From a virus (Duplodnaviria; Heunggongvirae; Uroviricota; Caudoviricetes): a stretch of 26,225 nt of DNA. Shown in pieces: positions 25,606 through 26,225 of this stretch. Numbering within the stretch: the first letter of the stretch is position 1; each line of letters opens with the position of its first letter. Made by a program: the position numbers and the translations under genes. Under the pieces are notes generated by a model. The model was not told the origin of the DNA and did no database searches. It saw only the letters and a program-made list of their open reading frames with translations. Location of the stretch: the IMG/VR virus record IMGVR_UViG_2537562013_000006, positions 1 to 26,225 of that record; one strand, 5' to 3'.

Positions 25606-26225
25606 TCACTCAGGAATCTTAATCTTCCTCAATTCTTTATTTAGTTCACAGATCTTCTTCTTAGACGGGAAAGTATCATACATCCAAAAACCAACAGTCT
25701 CTAAAACTATTGTCATAACCATATACACAAGATAATTTAAAAGGCCTTCATTTTGCCCTATGGAAATAATGCAGATAATAGAAAAAAGGATAAACAGCAC
25801 AAAACACAGAAAGGAAAACAGACGACTAATAATAAATAAAAAACCTGAAAAATTAACATTGATGAAAAACACTCCGTTATCTTTCTCTATATAATTCTGA
25901 AGCTTAATCACCTGATTTATATACTGTCTTTTTTCTAATCTATTGCAAATGTAAATAACATCACTTCGGTTATAAGAAGATTGCAATTTCAGCGCATCAC
26001 GAATAATTTTATCATTTATTCTTTTTTCTATGGCACTCTTATCCTCCTTATCCAGATAACGTTCATACTTAACTAAATATAAAATTAACTTCTTGACATA
26101 TTTAGGCTCTTTATACTTATAATTAAAAATGATCTTTCTTATCCAGACTCCCATAACAATCAAACATGAAAAAATATATCCAGCTATTTTCTCCAGATGC
26201 TCTGTATGGTCAATCAAGTATTGGA
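25606..26225 (-). CDS. AT-rich gene for a multi-pass membrane protein of unknown function, 5'-truncated by the window edge
   Basis: The track start at 26217 is TTG and the frame remains open to the window end, so the true start is probably outside. Very low GC. Predicted TM segments near residues 10-30, 120-150 and 160-180 of the listed ORF. Convergent with the early operon. Confidence 0.5.
   Translation of the reverse strand, partial: QYLIDHTEHLEKIAGYIFSCLIVMGVWIRKIIFNYKYKEPKYVKKLILYLVKYERYLDKEDKSAIEKRINDKIIRDALKLQSSYNRSDVIYICNRLEKRQYINQVIKLQNYIEKDNGVFFINVNFSGFLFIISRLFSFLCFVLFILFSIICIISIGQNEGLLNYLVYMVMTIVLETVGFWMYDTFPSKKKICELNKELRKIKIPE

Larger units (their letters stand above)
1..26225. 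mobile_element. Temperate phage / prophage segment (late morphogenesis, lysis, replication and immunity modules); neither end of the element is in the window
   Basis: Uninterrupted phage gene order: terminase, portal, capsid, tail, lysis cassette, cI/cro switch, primase. Tight or overlapping gene junctions (ATGA, TAATG) typical of phage operons. No integrase or att site seen. Confidence 0.85.

Noticed and set aside
1-26225. Integrase, attachment sites, rRNA or tRNA, CRISPR-Cas or other multi-gene defence operons
   Set aside because: None is detectable in this window. Both prophage ends lie outside it, so integration-site cargo cannot be assessed here.

Overview
The window is one contiguous block of a temperate enterobacterial-type phage (prophage). 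It is gene-dense and mostly minus-strand. Reading right to left on the minus strand: Cro-like HTH regulator, PrimPol/VirE-type primase-helicase, an iteron-rich putative origin, a short Q-like late regulator, a 113-aa unknown ORF, two intrinsic terminators, a lysis cassette (dual-start holin, an endolysin nearly identical to lambda R as recalled from memory, Rz with an embedded Rz1 that I translated by hand), terminase small and large subunits, portal, Mu-F-like head protein, scaffold/protease-like protein, major capsid protein, neck proteins, sheath-like and tube-like tail proteins, a tail chaperone with an apparent -1 frameshift extension, tape measure protein and distal tail/baseplate genes. 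On the plus strand: a cI-like repressor with a LexA-type S24 peptidase domain, then a rightward early operon (small membrane protein, acidic 100-aa protein, Cas4-like PD-(D/E)XK nuclease with a 4-Cys cluster, SSB-like protein). No rRNA, tRNA, CRISPR array, integrase or att site was found. Candidates for something undescribed are the low-GC cargo loci: (i) a 174-aa coiled-coil plus C4 zinc-ribbon gene next to the repressor, (ii) a ~350-bp noncoding stretch with a near-consensus sigma70 promoter and a triple GGTAAGC repeat (possible sRNA), (iii) an AT-rich membrane-protein gene truncated at the right edge, (iv) a secreted protein at the end of the tail module. All product names are from reading motifs and gene order by eye; nothing was searched against a database.
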